Source: Ascidiella aspersa
Taxonomy: Eukaryota
DNA: 64,000 nucleotides
Assembly (NCBI GenBank): GCA_963924565.1
Contig: OZ004614.1
Span: 3,968,001-4,032,000 of the forward strand
Reading direction: 5' to 3'
This document shows positions 12,501-27,500 of this stretch, one piece after another; within the stretch, counting starts at the first letter, position 1, and the number at the start of each line of letters is the position of its first letter. Under the pieces are notes generated by a model. The model made no database searches, was not told the origin of the DNA, and was given only the letters and a program-made list of their open reading frames with translations. The translations under genes and the position numbers were made by a program.

Positions 12501-15500
12501 GCATTATTAATCGATTTTGACTACAAAACAATTTGAAAAACTTTATCTAACGTGTAAATTTTAACAAAGTTTTTGAATTTTTTGACGAGTCAAAAAATAA
12601 TCGCCTTAGTCTTAGTAGAAAACACGTCTACCCACCATCTTTGTGTCTTGCTCGTGTTCGTACTTTGGCGTCAACTTGGCGAGCAGCAGTTCGATTCCCG
12701 CCTCGGAAGAAAGGTCAAAAGACGCAACTGAATCAGACGAAACTAAGAACCAAACAAATAAATAATGTTCAAGTAATATGTAGTAGAATTAAAAAGCCAC
12801 TAAATATAATGGGAGCCCAAAACACCCTGGTGTTATTTCTTGCGTCCATATACATTACACGAACCCTTGCTAAAGTTGTTTCTTTAACTTACTTCCAACG
12901 CAGTTTCCGCTGATCAGAATGTCGAAAAGTATCTCGGCTGTTCTCGTGAATTCCTCCTCGTGCAAATGAAAGGGTAGATTTAGATCGGCGAGCAGCTTCA
13001 TTTGATCGAGCGACATGCACTGAAATATAGCATGTGTTTTAAAAGTAGTAAACAATATTCTGTAATCTATTGGTAAATACTTCGCTGATTGTTACACGAT
13101 TAAGCTATTATTACAAAACACCTTCACTACCGCATTCATATGCTCAGAATGTAAAACTCACGAAGAGGCTCACTACTCACGTGAATGCATTCGATTTCAC
13201 ACGTGAAACGCTCCTGCAACTTGCTCGTGAGCGTGACGTAACTAGCCTCATCCACGAAACCCTCGGTGCCCAACAGCTCCGTGAGGTGCGAGAAGCTGTC
13301 CTCGTGATCATGATGATGATCGTCATCGTGATCGTCACCTTGATCACCGACTACTTCTGCAATATGACGCCCGTTTGGTTCAATTGTAAAAGTTCAATAG
13401 AAAATTGTCAACAGCTTAAAATTACTGGAAGGTGGAAAGCTGGCACAAGCGGTGTTTTTAGGTGTTTTTGAGTGAGGAACTTATATTCCAAAGTCAGAAA
13501 AAAACTTCTTCTTAAGGTAACAAACCAAATGTTTAAAATAGGTAATTTGTTAATTGGAATTTGATTGCTAGTTAATAAAATAGTGAAAAAAATTGTGGTG
13601 CACAATGGTCACACTATATGCTAACACAATAAGCAAACTCAAAACTGAACGTCAATTCACAAATGCGCATCAAAAAGTAACCTCGAGCTTAAACGAACCT
13701 GAATTAGGTACATTTTGCGTTTCTACCCCGAAATGGCGGACGTACGACTTTTGAAGTTGGTCTGTGGTCTGATAAACGCAGTGGCCCTCGAAAAAGTTGG
13801 CATGTAGTTGAAAAACGCGCTCATCGACTGTCCTTTCCGCCAGAGTTGAAGCATTGAAGCACTGCAATAAAACAGTTCGTTTATCGAATTAATGTTAGTC
13901 TCGGTGCCGACCGCTTTGGCATTCAGCAGCCTTGGGCATTAAAAAGAGCGCTAATTAACTATTACATTTTTGTGGCTACCACTAGCTTTTACAAGGTTGG
14001 AAATGTCAGATCATACGAACGGTAAGCTGAAGTTAATCTACGGCTTGCTGATGTGCTGAGTTATTTAAACGATCATGAGTAGGGCGATTATTTTTTGACA
14101 TAAAAATGAGAAAGATTGTTTTGTAGTCAAAAAGTCTTAGTAGAAAACACGTCTACCCACCATCTTTGTGTCTTGCTCGTGTTCGTACTTTGGCGTCAAC
14201 TTGGCGAGCAGCAGTTCGATTCCCGCCTCGGAAGAAAGGTCAAAAGACGCAACTGAATCAGGCGAAACTAAGAACCAAACAAATAAATGATGTTTAAGTA
14301 ATATGTAGTAGAATTAAAAAGCCACTAAATATAATGGGAGCCCAAAATACCCTGGCGTTAATTCTTGCGTCCATATACATTGCACGAACCCTTGCTAAAG
14401 TTGTTTCTTTAACTTACTTCCAACGCAGTTTCCGCTGATCAGAATGTCGAAAAGTATCTCGGCTGTTCTCGTGAATTCGTCCTCGTGCAAATGAAAGGGT
14501 AGATTTATATCGGCGAGCAGCTTCATTTGATCGAGCGACATGCACTGAAATATAGCATGTGTTTTAAAAGTAGTAAACAATATTCTGTAATATATTTGTA
14601 AATACTTCGCTGATTGTTAGACGATTAAGCTTTCATTACAAAACGCCTTCACTACCGCATTCAAATGCTCAGAATGTAAAACTCACGAAGAGGCTCACTA
14701 CTCACGTGAATGCATTCGGTTTCACACGTGAAACGCTCCTGCAACTTGCTCGTGAGCGTGACGTAACTAGCCTCATCCACGAAACCCTCGGTGCCCAACA
14801 GCTCCGTGAGGTGCGTGAAGCTGTCCTCGTTATCATGATCATGATCGTCATCGTGATCGTCACCTTGATCACCGACTACTTCTGCAATGTGACGCCCGTT
14901 TGGTTCAATTGTAAATGTTCAATAGAAAATTGTAAACAGCTTAAAATTACTGGAAGCTGGAAAACTGCACAAGCGGTGTTTTTAGGTGTTTTTGAGTGAG
15001 GTACTTATATTCCAAAGTCAGAAAAAAACTTCTTGTTAAGGTAACAAACCAAATGTTTAAAATAGGCAATTTTGTTAATTGGAATTTGATTACTAGTTAA
15101 AAAAAAAAGTGAAAAAAATTGTGGTGTACAATGGTCATTATATGCTAACACAATAAGCAAACTCAAAACTGAACGTCAATTCACAAATGCGCATCAAAAA
15201 GTAACCTCGAGCTTAAACGAACCTGAATTAGGTACATTTTGCGTTTCTACCCCGAAATGCCGGACGAACGACTTTTGAAGTTGGTCTGTGGTTTGATAAA
15301 CGCAGTGGCCCTCGAAAAAATTGGCGTGTAGTTGAAAAACGCGCTCATCGACTGTCCTTTCCGCCAGAGTTGAAGCATTAAAGCACTGCAATAAAACAGT
15401 TCGTTTATCGAATTAATGTTAGTCTCGGTGCCGACCGCTTTGGCATTCAGCAGCCTTGGGCATTAAAAAGAGCGCTAATTAACTATTGCATTTTTGTGGC

Positions 15501-18500
15501 TACCACTAGCTTTTACAAGGTTGGAAATGTCAGATCATACGAACGGTAAGCTGAAGTTAATCTACGGCTTGCTGATGTGCTGAGTTATTTAAACGATCAT
15601 AAATAGGGCGATTATTTTTTGACATAAAATGAGAAAGTTTGACATAAAAAATGTTAAATTTTGACCAATTTTAAAATTTTGACCTATAAGAAATACATTG
15701 ATTTAAACAACATAATGTTGTTTGAAATACTGCATTAGTGTCTTGGCGTCCTCTGCAAGCTCCGTATATAACATATTGCTCTAATGAAGATAAAATACAG
15801 TTAAAATTTCATTGAATATAACTTAAAATTAATTTTGTTTGACAAAATGGTAACTGAACGACAATTTCAAAAAACTGACTAGAGTTTTTCTATTTCGCAA
15901 ATGATTTTTGAGCATTATTAATCGATTTTGACTACAAAACAATTTGACAAACTTTGCCTACCGTGTAAATTTTAACAAAGATTTTGACTTTTTTGACGAG
16001 TGAAAAAATAATCGCCCTAGTCTTAGTAGAAAACACGTCTACCCACCATCTTTGTGTCTTGCTCGTGTTCGTACTTTGGCGTCAACTTGGCGAGCAGCAG
16101 TTCGATTCCCGCCTCGGAAGAAAGGTCAAAAGACGCAACTGAATCAGGCGAAACTAAGAACCAAACAAATAAATAATGTTTAAGTAATATGTAGTAGAAT
16201 TAAAAAGCCATTAAATATAATGGGAGCCCAAAACACCCTGGTGTTATTTCTTGCGTCCATATACATTACACGAACCCTTGCTAAAGTTGTTTCTTTAACT
16301 TACTTCCAACGCAGTTTCCGCTGATCAGAATGTCGAAAAGGATCTCGGCTGTTCTCGTGAATTCGTCCTCGTGCAAATGAAAGGGTAGATTTAGATCGGC
16401 GAGCAGCTTCATTTGATCGAGCGACATGCACTGAAATATAGCATGTGTTTCAAAAGTAGTAAACAATATTCTGTAATCTATTTGTAAATACTTCGCTGAT
16501 TGTTAGACGATTAAGCTTTCATTACAAAACGCCTTCACTACCGCATTCATATGCTCAGAATGTAAAACTCACGAACAGGCTCATTACTCACGTGAATGCA
16601 TTCGATTTCACACGTGAAACGCTCCTGCAACTTGCTCGTGAGCGTGACGTAACTAGCCTCATCCACGAAACCCTCGGTGCCCAACAGCTCCGTGAGGTGC
16701 GAGAAGCTGTCCTCGTGACCATGATCATGATCGTCATCGTGATCGTCACCTTGATCACCGACTACTTCTGCAATATGACGCCGTTATGGTTCAATTGTAA
16801 ATGTTCAATAGAAAATTGTAAACAGCTTAAAATTACTGGAAGATGGAAAACTGGCACAAGCGGTGTTTTTAGGTGTTTTGAATGACGTACTTATATTCCA
16901 AAGTCAGAAAAAAACTTCTTGTTAAGGTAATTAACCAAAAGTTTAAAATAGGTAATTTTGTTAATTGGAATTTGATTGCTAGTTAAAAAAAAACAACAGT
17001 GAAACAAATTGTGGTGTACAATGGTCATTATATGCTAACACAAAAAGAAAACTCAAAACTGAACGTCAATTCACAAATGCGCATCAAAAAGTAACCTCGA
17101 GCTTAAACGAACCTGAATTAGGTACATTTTGCGTTTCTACCCCGAAATGGCGGACGTTCGACTTTTGAAGTTGGTCTGTGGTCTGATAAACGCAGTGGCC
17201 CTCGAAAAAATAGGCGTGTAGTTGAAAAACGCGCTCATCGACTGTCCTTTCCGCCAGAGTTGAAGCATTAAACCACTGCAATAAAACAATTCTTTATCGA
17301 ATTAATGTTAGTCTCGGTGCCGACCGCTTTGGCATTCAGCAGCCTTGGGCACTAAAAAGAGCGCTAATTAACTATTGCATTTTTGTGGCTACCAATAGCT
17401 TTTACAAGGTTGGAAATGTCAGATCATAAGAACGGTAAGCTGGAGTAAATCTACGGCTTGCTGATGTGCTGAGTTATTTAAACGATCATAAGTAGGGCGA
17501 TTATTTTTTGACATAAAAATGAGAAAGTTTGACATAAAAAATGTTAAATTTTGACAAATTTTAAAATTTTGACCTATAAGAAATACATTAATTTAAACAA
17601 CATAATGTTGTTTGAAATACTGCATTAGTGTCTTGGCGTCTTCTGTAAAGTCCGTATATAACATATTGCTCTAGTGAAGATAAAATACAGTTAAAATTTC
17701 GTTGAATATTACTCAAAATTAATTTTATTTGACAAAATGGTAACTGAACGACAATTTCAAAAAACTGACTAGAGTTTTTCTATTTCGCAAATGATTTTTG
17801 AGCATTATTAATCGATTTTGACTGCAAAACAATTTGACAAACTTTACCTAACGTGTAAATTTTAACAAAGATTTTGACTTTTTTGACGAGTGAAAAAATA
17901 ATCGCCCTAGTCTTAGTAGAAAACACGTCTACCCACCATCTTTGTGTCTTGCTCGTGTTCGTACTTTGGCGTCAACTTGGCGAGCAGCAGTTCGATTCCC
18001 GCCTCGGAAGAAAGGTCAAAAGACGCAACTGAATCAGGCGAAACTAAGAACCAAACAAATAAATGATGTTTAAGTAATATGTAGTAGAATTAAAAAGCCA
18101 CTAAATATAATGGGAGCCCAAAATACCCTGGCGTTAATTCTTGCGTCCATATACATTGCACGAACCCTTGCTAAAGTTGTTTCTTTAACTTACTTCCAAC
18201 GCAGTTTCCGCTGATCAGAATGTCGAAAAGTATCTCGGCTGTTCTTGTGAATTCGTCCTCGTGCAAATGAAAGGGTAGATTTAGATCGGCGAGCAGCTTC
18301 ATTTGATCGAGCGACATGCACTGAAATATAGCATGTGTTTCAAAAGTAGTAAACAATATTCTGTAATCTATTTGTAAATACTTCGCTGATTGTTAGACGA
18401 TTAAGCTTTCATTACAAAACGCCTTCACTACCGCATTCATATGCTCAGAATGTAAAACTCACGAACAGGCTCATTACTCACGTGAATGCATTCGATTTCA

Positions 18501-21500
18501 CACGTGAAACGCTCCTGCAACTTGCTCGTGAGCGTGACGTAACTAGCCTCATCCACGAAACCCTCGGTGCCCAACAGCTCCGTGAGGTGCGAGAAGCTGT
18601 CCTCGTGACCATGATCATGATCGTCATCGTGATCGTCACCTTGATCACCGACTACTTCTGCAATATGACGCCGTTATGGTTCAATTGTAAATGTTCAATA
18701 GAAAATTGTAAACAGCTTAAAATTACTGGAAGATGGAAAACTGGCACAAGCGGTGTTTTTAGGTGTTTTGAATGACGTACTTATATTCCAAAGTCAGAAA
18801 AAAACTTCTTGTTAAGGTAATTAACCAAAAGTTTAAAATAGGTAATTTTGTTAATTGGAATTTGATTGCTAGTTAAAAAACAACAACAGTGAAACAAATT
18901 GTGGTGTACAATGGTCATTATATGCTAACACAAAAAGAAAACTCAAAACTGAACGTCAATTCACAAATGCGCATCAAAAAGTAACCTCGATCTTAAACTA
19001 ACCTGAATTAGGTACATTTTGCGTTTCTACTCCGAAATGGCGGACGTTCGACTTTTGAAGTTGGTCTGTGGTCTGATAAACGCAGTGGCCCTCGAAAAAG
19101 TTGGCGTGTAGTTGAAAAACGCGCTCATCGACTGTCCTTTCCGCCAGAGTTGAAGCATTAAAGCACTGCAATGAAGACAGTTCGTTTATCGAATTAATGT
19201 TAGTCTCGGTGCCGACCGCTTTGGCAATCAGCAGCCTTGGGCATTAAAAAGAGCGCTAATTAACTATTGCATTTTTGTGACTACCACTAGCTTTTACAAG
19301 GTTGGAAATGTCAGATCATAAGAACGATAAGCTGGAGTTAATCTACGGCTTGCTGATGTGCTGAGTTATTTAAACGATCATAAGTAGGGCGATTATTTTT
19401 TGACATAAAAATGAGAAAGTTTGACATAAAAAATGTTAAATTTTGACCAATTTTAAAATTTTGACCTATAAGAAATACATTGATTTAAACAACATAATGT
19501 TGTTTGAAATACTGCATTAGTGTCTTGGCGTCCTCTGCAAGCTCCGTATATAACATATTGCTCTAATGAAGATAAAATACAGTTAAAATTTCGTTGAATA
19601 TAACTTAAAATTAATTTTGTTTGACAAAATGGTAACTGAACGACAATTTCAAAAAACTGACCAGAGTTTTTTTATTTCGAAAATGATTTTTGAGCATTAT
19701 TAATCGATTTTGACTGCAAAAAAATTTGACAAACTTTGCCTAACGTATAAATTTTAACAAAGATTTTGACTTTTTTGACGAGTCACGTCTGCTCACCATC
19801 TTTGTATCTTGCTCGTGTTCGTACTTTGGCGTCAATTTGGCGAGGAGCAGTTCGATTCCCGCCTCGGAAGAAAGGTCAAAAGACGCAATTGAATCAGGCG
19901 AAACTAAGAACCAAACAAATAAATAATGTTTAAGTAATATGTAGTAGAATTAAAAAGCAACTAAATATAATGGGAGCCCAAAATACCCTGGCGTTAATTC
20001 TTGCGTCCATATACATTGCACGAACCCTTGCTAAAGTTGTTTCTTTAACTTACTTCCAACGCAGTTTCCGCTGATCAGAATGTCGAAAAGTATCTCGGCT
20101 GTTCTTGTGAATTCGTCCTCGTGCAAATGAAAGGGTGGATTTAGATCGGCGAGCAGCTTCATTTGATCGAGCGACATGCACTGAAATATAGCATGTGTTT
20201 TAAAAGTAGTAAACAATATTCTGTAATCTATTTGTAAATACTTCGCTGATTGTTAGACGATTAAGCTTTCATTACAAAACGACTTCATTACCGCATTCAT
20301 ATTCTCAGAATGTAAAACTCACGAAGAGGCTCACTACTCACGTGAATGCAGTCGATTTCACACGTGAAACGCTCCTGCAATTTGCTCGTGAGCGTGACGT
20401 AACTAGCCTCATCCACGAAACCCTCGGTGCCCAACAGCTCCGTGAGGTGCGAGAAGCTGTCCTCGTGAATATGATCATGATCGTCATCGTGATCGTCACC
20501 TTGATCACCGACTACTTCTGCAATATGACGCCCGTTTGATTCAATTGTAAATGTTCAATAGAAAATTGTAAACAGCTAAAAATTACTGGAAGGTGGAAAA
20601 CTGGCACAAGCGGTGTTTTCAGGTGTTTTGAATGACGTACTCATATTCCAAAGTCAGAAAAAAACTTCTTGTTAAGGTAACAAACCAAATGTTTAAAATA
20701 GGTAATTTTGTTAATTGGAATTTGATTGCTAGTTAAAAAAAAAACAGTGAAAAAATTGTGGTGTACAATGGTCATTATATGCTAACACAATAAGCAAACT
20801 CAAAACTAAACGTCAATTCACAATTCGCATCAAAAAGTAACCTCGAGCTTAAACGAACCTGAATTAGGTACATTTTGCGTTTCTACCCCGAAATGGCGGA
20901 CGTTCGACTTTTGAAGTTGGTCTGTGGTCTGATAAACGCAGTGGCCCTCGAAAAAGTTGGCGTGTAGTTGAAAAACGCGCTCATCGACTGTCCTTTCCGC
21001 CAGAGTTGAAGCATTAAAGCACTGCAATAAAACAGTTCGTTTATCGAATTAATGTTAGTCTCGGTGCCGACCGCTTTGGCATTCAGCAGCCTTGGGCATT
21101 AAACAGAGCGCTAATTAACTATTGCATTTTTGTGGCTACCAATAGCTTTTACAAGGTTGGAAATGTCAAATAATAAGAACGGTAAGCTGAAGTTAATCTA
21201 CGGCTTGCTGATGTGCTGAGTTATTTAAACGATCATAAGTAGGGCGATTATTTTTTGACATAAAAATGAGAAAGTTTGACATAAAAAATGTTAAATTTTG
21301 ACCAATTTTAAAATTTTGACCTATAAGAAATACATTGATTTAAACAACATAATGTTGTTTGAAATACTGCATTAGTGTCTTGGCGTCCTCTGCAAGCTCC
21401 GTATATAACATATTGCTCTAGAGAAGATAAAATACAGTTAAAATTTCGTTGAATATAACTTAAAATTAATTTTGTTTGACAAAATGGTAACTGAACGACA

Positions 21501-24500
21501 ATTTCAAAACACTGACTAGAGTTTTTCTATTTCGCAAATGATTTTTGAGCATTATTAATCGATTTTGACTACAAAACAATTTGACAAACTTTGCCTAACG
21601 TGTAAATTTTAACAAAGGTTTTGACTTTTTTGACGAGTCAAAAAATAATCGCCCTAGTCTTAGTTGAAAACACGTCTACCCACCATCTTTGTGTCTTGCT
21701 CGTGTTCGTACTTTGGCTTCAACTTGGCGAGCAGCAGTTCGATTCCCGCCTCAGAAGAAAGGTCAAAAGACGCAACTGAATCGGGCGAAACTAAGAACCA
21801 AACAAATAAATCATTTTCAAGTAATATGTAGTAGAATTAAAAAGCCACTAATTATAATGGGAACCAAAAACACCCTGGTTTTAATTCTTGCGTTCATAAT
21901 AATTACACGAACCCTTGCTAAAGTTATAATAAGAATATCAAAGCCCATACAGAAGTAGGTCTCATTTTGGACGTTTCGAATAACTCTGTTGAACATGAAT
22001 AAAGAGTTATGCGAAACGTCCAAAATGATACCTACTTCTGTATAGGCTTTGATATTCTTATTACGTCTTACTACAACTTCCAAACATTATGCCCCAAACT
22101 TGCGAAAGTTGTTTCTTCAACTTACTTCCAACGCAGTTTCCGCTGATCAGAATGTCGAAAAGTATCTCGGCTGTTCTCGTGAATTCGTCCTCGTGCAAAT
22201 GAAAGGGTAGATCCAGATCGGCGAGCAGCCTCATTTGATCGAGCGACATGCACTGAAATATAGCATATGTTTTAAAAGTAGTAAACAATATTCTGTAATC
22301 TATTTGTAAATACTTCGCTGATCATTAGACGATTAAGCTTTCATTACAAAACGCCTTCACTACCGCATTCATATGCTCAGAATGTAAAACTCAAGAAGAG
22401 GCTCACTACTCACGTGAATGCATTCGATTTCACACGTGAAACGCTCCTGCAATTTGCTCGTGAGCGTGACGTAACTAGCCTCATCCACAAAACCCGCGGT
22501 GCCCAACAGCTCCGTGAGGTGCGAGAAGCTGTCCTCGTGAATATGATCATGATCGTCATCGTGATCGTCACCTTGATCACCGACTACTTCTGCAATATGA
22601 CGCCCGTTTGATTCAATTGAAAATGTTCAATAGAAAATTGTAAACAGCTTAAAATTACTGGAAGGTGGAAAACTGGCACAAGCGGTGTTTTTAGGTGTTT
22701 TGAATGACGTACTTATATTCCAAAGTCAGAAAAAAACTTCTTGTTAAGGTAACAAACAAAATGTTTAAAATAAGTAATTTTGTTAATTGGAATTTGATTA
22801 CTAGTTAATAAAACAGTGAAAAAAATTGTGGTGTACAATGGTTATTATATGCTAACACTATAAGCAAACTCAAAACTGAACGTCAATTCACAAATGCGCA
22901 TCAAAAAGTAACCTCGAGCTTAAACGAACCTGAATTAGGTACATTTTGCGTTTCTACCCCGAAATGGCGGACGTTGGACTTTTGAAGTTGGTCTGTGGTC
23001 TGATAAACGCAGTGGCCCTCGAAAAAGTTGGCGTGTAGTTGAAAAACGCGCTCATCGACTGTCCTTTCCGCCAGAGTTGAAGCATTAAAGCACTGCAATA
23101 AAACATTTTGTTTATCGAATTAATGTTAGTCTCGGTGCCGACCGCTTTGGCATTCAGCAGCCTTGGGCATTAAAAAGAGCGCTAATTAACTATTGCATTT
23201 TTGTGGCTACCACTAGCTTTTACAAAGTTGGAAATGTCAGATCATAAGAACGGTAAGCTAGAGTTAATCTTCGGTTTGGTGATGTGCTGAGTTATTTAAA
23301 CGATCATAAGTAGGGCGATTATTTTTTGACATAAAAATGAGAAAGTTTGACATAAAAAATGTTAAATTTTGACCAATTTTAATTTTTTAACCTATAAGAA
23401 AAACATTGATTTAAACAACATAATGTTGTTTGAAATACTGCATTAGTGTCTTGGCGTCCTCTGCAAGCTCCGTATATAACATATTGCTCTAATGAAGATA
23501 AAATACAGTTAAAATTTCGTTGAATATAACTTAAAATTAATTTTGTTTGACAAAATGTTAACTGAACGACAATTTCAAAAAACTGACTAGAGTTTTTCTA
23601 TTTCGCAAATGATTTTTGAGCATTATTAATCGATTTTGACTGCAAAACAATTTGACAAACTTTACCTAACGTGTAAATTTTAACAAAGATTTTGACTTTT
23701 TTGACGAGTGAAAAAATAATCGCCCTAGTCTTAGTAGAAAACACGTCTACCCACCATCTTTGTGTCTTGCTCGTGTTCGTACTTTGGCTTCAACTTGGCG
23801 AGCAGCAGTTCGATTCCCGCCTCGGAAGAAAGGTCAAAAGACGCAACTGAATCAGGCGAAACTAAGAACCAAACAAATAAATCATTTTCAAGTAATATGT
23901 AGTAGAATTAAAAAGCCACTAAATATAATGGGAGCCCAAAATACCCTGGTGTTATTTCTAGCGTCCATATACATTGCACGAACCCTTGCTAAAGTTGTTT
24001 CTTTAACTTACTTCCAACGCAGTTTCCGCTGATCAGAATGTCGAAAAGTATCTCGGCTGTTCTCGTGAATTCGTCCTCGTGCAAATGAAAGGGTAGATTT
24101 AGATCGGCGAGCAGCTTCATTTGATCGAGCGACATGCACTGAAATATAGCATGTGTTTCAAAAGTAGTAAACAATATTCTGTAATCTATTTGTAAATACT
24201 TCGCTGATTGTTAGACGATTAAGCTTTCATTACAAAACGCCTTCACTACCGCATTCATATGCTCAGAATGTAAAACTCAAGAAGAGGCTCACTACTCACG
24301 TGAATGCATTCGATTTCACACGTGAAACGCTCCTGCAACTTGCTCGTGAGCGTGACGTAACTAGCCTCATCCATGAAACCGTCGGTGCCCAACAGCTCCG
24401 TGAGGTGCGAGAAGCTGTCCTCGTGATCATGATCATGATCGTCATCGTGATCGTCACCTTGATCACCGACTACTTCTGCAATATGACGCCCGTTTGGTTC

Positions 24501-27500
24501 AATTGTAAATGTTCAATAGAAAATTGTAAACAGCTTAAAATTACTGGAAGGTGGAAATCTGGCACAAGCGGTGTTTTTAGGTGTTTTTGAGTGAGGAACT
24601 TATATTCCAAAGTCAGAAAAAAACTTCTTCTTAAGGTAACAAACCAAATGTTTAAAATAGGTAATTGTGTTAATTGGAATTTGATTACTTGTTAATAAAC
24701 CAGTGAAAAAAATTGTGGTGTACAATGGTCATTATATGCTAACACAATAAGCAAACTCAAAACTGAACGTCAATTCACAAATGTGCATCAAAAAGTAACC
24801 TCGAGCTTAAACGAACCTGAATTAGGTACGTTTTGAGTTTCTACGCCGAAACGGCGGACGTTCGACTTTTGAAGTTGGTCTATGGTCTGATAAACGCAGT
24901 GGCCCTCGAAAAAATTGGCGTGTAGTTGAAAAACGCGCTCATCGACTGTCCTTTCCGCCAGAGTTGAAGCATTAAAGCACTGCAATAAAACATTTTGTTT
25001 ATCGAATTAATGTTAGTCTCGGTGCCGACCGCTTTGGCAATCAGCAGCCTTGGGCATTAAAAAGAGCGCTAATTAACTATTGCATTTTTGTGACTACCAC
25101 TAGCTTTTCCAAGGTTGGAAATGTCATATCATATGAACGGTAAGATGAAGTTAATCTACGGCTTGCGAATGTGCTGAGTTATTTAAACGATCATAAGTAG
25201 GGCGATTATTTTTTGACATAAAAATGAGAAAGTTTGACATAAAAAATGTTAAATTTTGACCAATTTTAAAATTTTGACCTATAAGAAATACATTGATTTA
25301 AACAACATAATGTTGTTTGAAATACTGCATTAGTGTCTTGGCGTCCTCTGCAAGCTCCGTATATAACATATTGCTCTAATGAAGATAAAATACAGTTAAA
25401 ATTTCGTTGAATATAACTTAAAATTAATTTTGTTTGACAAAATGGTAACTGAACGACAATTTCAAAAAACTGACCAGAGTTTTTTTATTTCGAAAATGAT
25501 TTTTGAGCATTATTAATCGATTTTGACTACAAAACAATTTGACAAACTTTGCCTAACGTATAAATTTTAACAAAGATTTTGACTTTTTTGACGAGTCACG
25601 TCTGCTCACCATCTTTGTATCTTGCTCGTGTTCATACTTTGGCGTCAATTTGGCGAGGAGCAGTTCGATTCCCGCCTCGGAAGAAAGGTCAAAAGACGCA
25701 ATTGAATCAGGCGAAACTAAGAACCAAACAAATAAATAATGTTTAAGTAATATGTAGTAGAATTAAAAAGACACTAAATATAATGGGAGCCCAAAACACC
25801 CTGGTGTTATTTCTTGCGTCCATATACATTACACGAACCCTTGCTAAAGTTGATTCTTTAACTTACTTCCAACGCAGTTTCCGCTGATGAGAATGTCGAA
25901 AAGTATCTCGGCTGTTCTCGTGAATTCGACCTCGTGCAAATGAAAGGGTAGATTTAGATCGGCGAGCAGCTTCATTTGATCGAGCGACATGCACTGAAAT
26001 ATAGCATGTGTTTTAAAAGTAGTAAACAATATTCTGTAATCTATTTGTAAATACTTCGCTGATTGTTAGACGATTAAGCTTTCATTACAAAACGACTTCA
26101 TTACCGCATTCATATTCTCAGAATGTAAAACTCACGAAGAGGCTCACTACTCACGTGAATGCAGTCGATTTCACACGTGAAACGCTCCTGCAATTTGCTC
26201 GTGAGCGTGACGTAACTAGCCTCATCCACGAAACCCTCGGTGCCCAACAGCTCCGTGAGGTGCGAGAAGCTGTCCTCGTGAATATGATCATGATCGTCAT
26301 CGTGATCGTCACCTTGATCACCGACTACTTCTGCAATATGACGCCCGTTTGATTCAATTGTAAATGTTCAATAGAAAATTGTAAACAGCTAAAAATTACT
26401 GGAAGGTGGAAAACTGGCACAAGCGGTGTTTTTAGGTGTTTTGAATGACGTACTTATATTCCAAAGTCAGAAAAAAACTTCTTGTTAAGGTAACAAACAA
26501 AATGTTTAAAATAGGTAATTTTGTTAATTGGAATTTGATTACTAGTTAATAAAACAGTGAAAAAAAATTGTGGTGTACAATGGTTATTATATGCTAACAC
26601 TATAAGCAAACTCAAAACTGAACGTCAATTCACAAATGCGCATCAAAAAGTAACCTCGAGCTTAAACGAACCTGAATTAGGTACATTTTGCGTTTCTACC
26701 CCGAAATGGCGGACGTTGGACTTTTGAAGTTGGTCTGTGGTCTGATAAACGCAGTGGCCCTCGAAAAAGTTGGCGTGTAGTTGAAAAACGCGCTCATCGA
26801 CTGTCCTTTCCGCCAGAGTTGAAGCATTAAAGCACTGCAATGAAGACAGTTCGTTTATCGAATTAATGTTAGTCTCGGTGCCGACCGCTTTGGCATTCAG
26901 CAGCCTTGGGCATTAAAAAGAGCGCTAATTAACTATTGCGTTTTTGTGGCTACCAATAGCTTTTACAAGGTTGGAAATGTCAGATCATAAGAACGGTAAG
27001 CTAGAGTTAATCTTCGGCTTGGTGATGTGCTGAGTTATTTAAACGATCATAAGTAGGGCGATTATTTTTTGACATAAAAATGAGAAAGTTTGACATAAAA
27101 AATGTTAAATTTTGACCAATTTTAATTTTTTAACCTATAAGAAAAACATTGATTTAAACAACATAATGTTGTTTGAAATACTGCATTAGTGTCTTGGCGT
27201 CCTCTGCAAGCTCCGTATATAACATATTGCTCTAATAAAGATAAAATACAGTTAAAATTTCGTTGAATATAACTTAAAATTAATTTTGTTTGACAAAATG
27301 GTAACTGAACGACAATTTCAAAAAACTGACTAGGTTTTTCTATTTCGCAAATGATTTTTGAGCATTATTAATCGATTTTGACTGCAAAACAATTTGACAA
27401 ACTTTACCTAACGTGTAAATTTTAACAAAGATTTTGATTTTTTGACGAGTGAAAAATAATCGCCATAGTCTTAGTAGAAAACACGTCTACCCACCATCTT

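Noticed and set aside
21817-22083. [13 protein letters not shown]... ORFs (also 29513, 58529, 63034)
   Set aside because: Chance frames through the palindromic foldback element; no transposase features.
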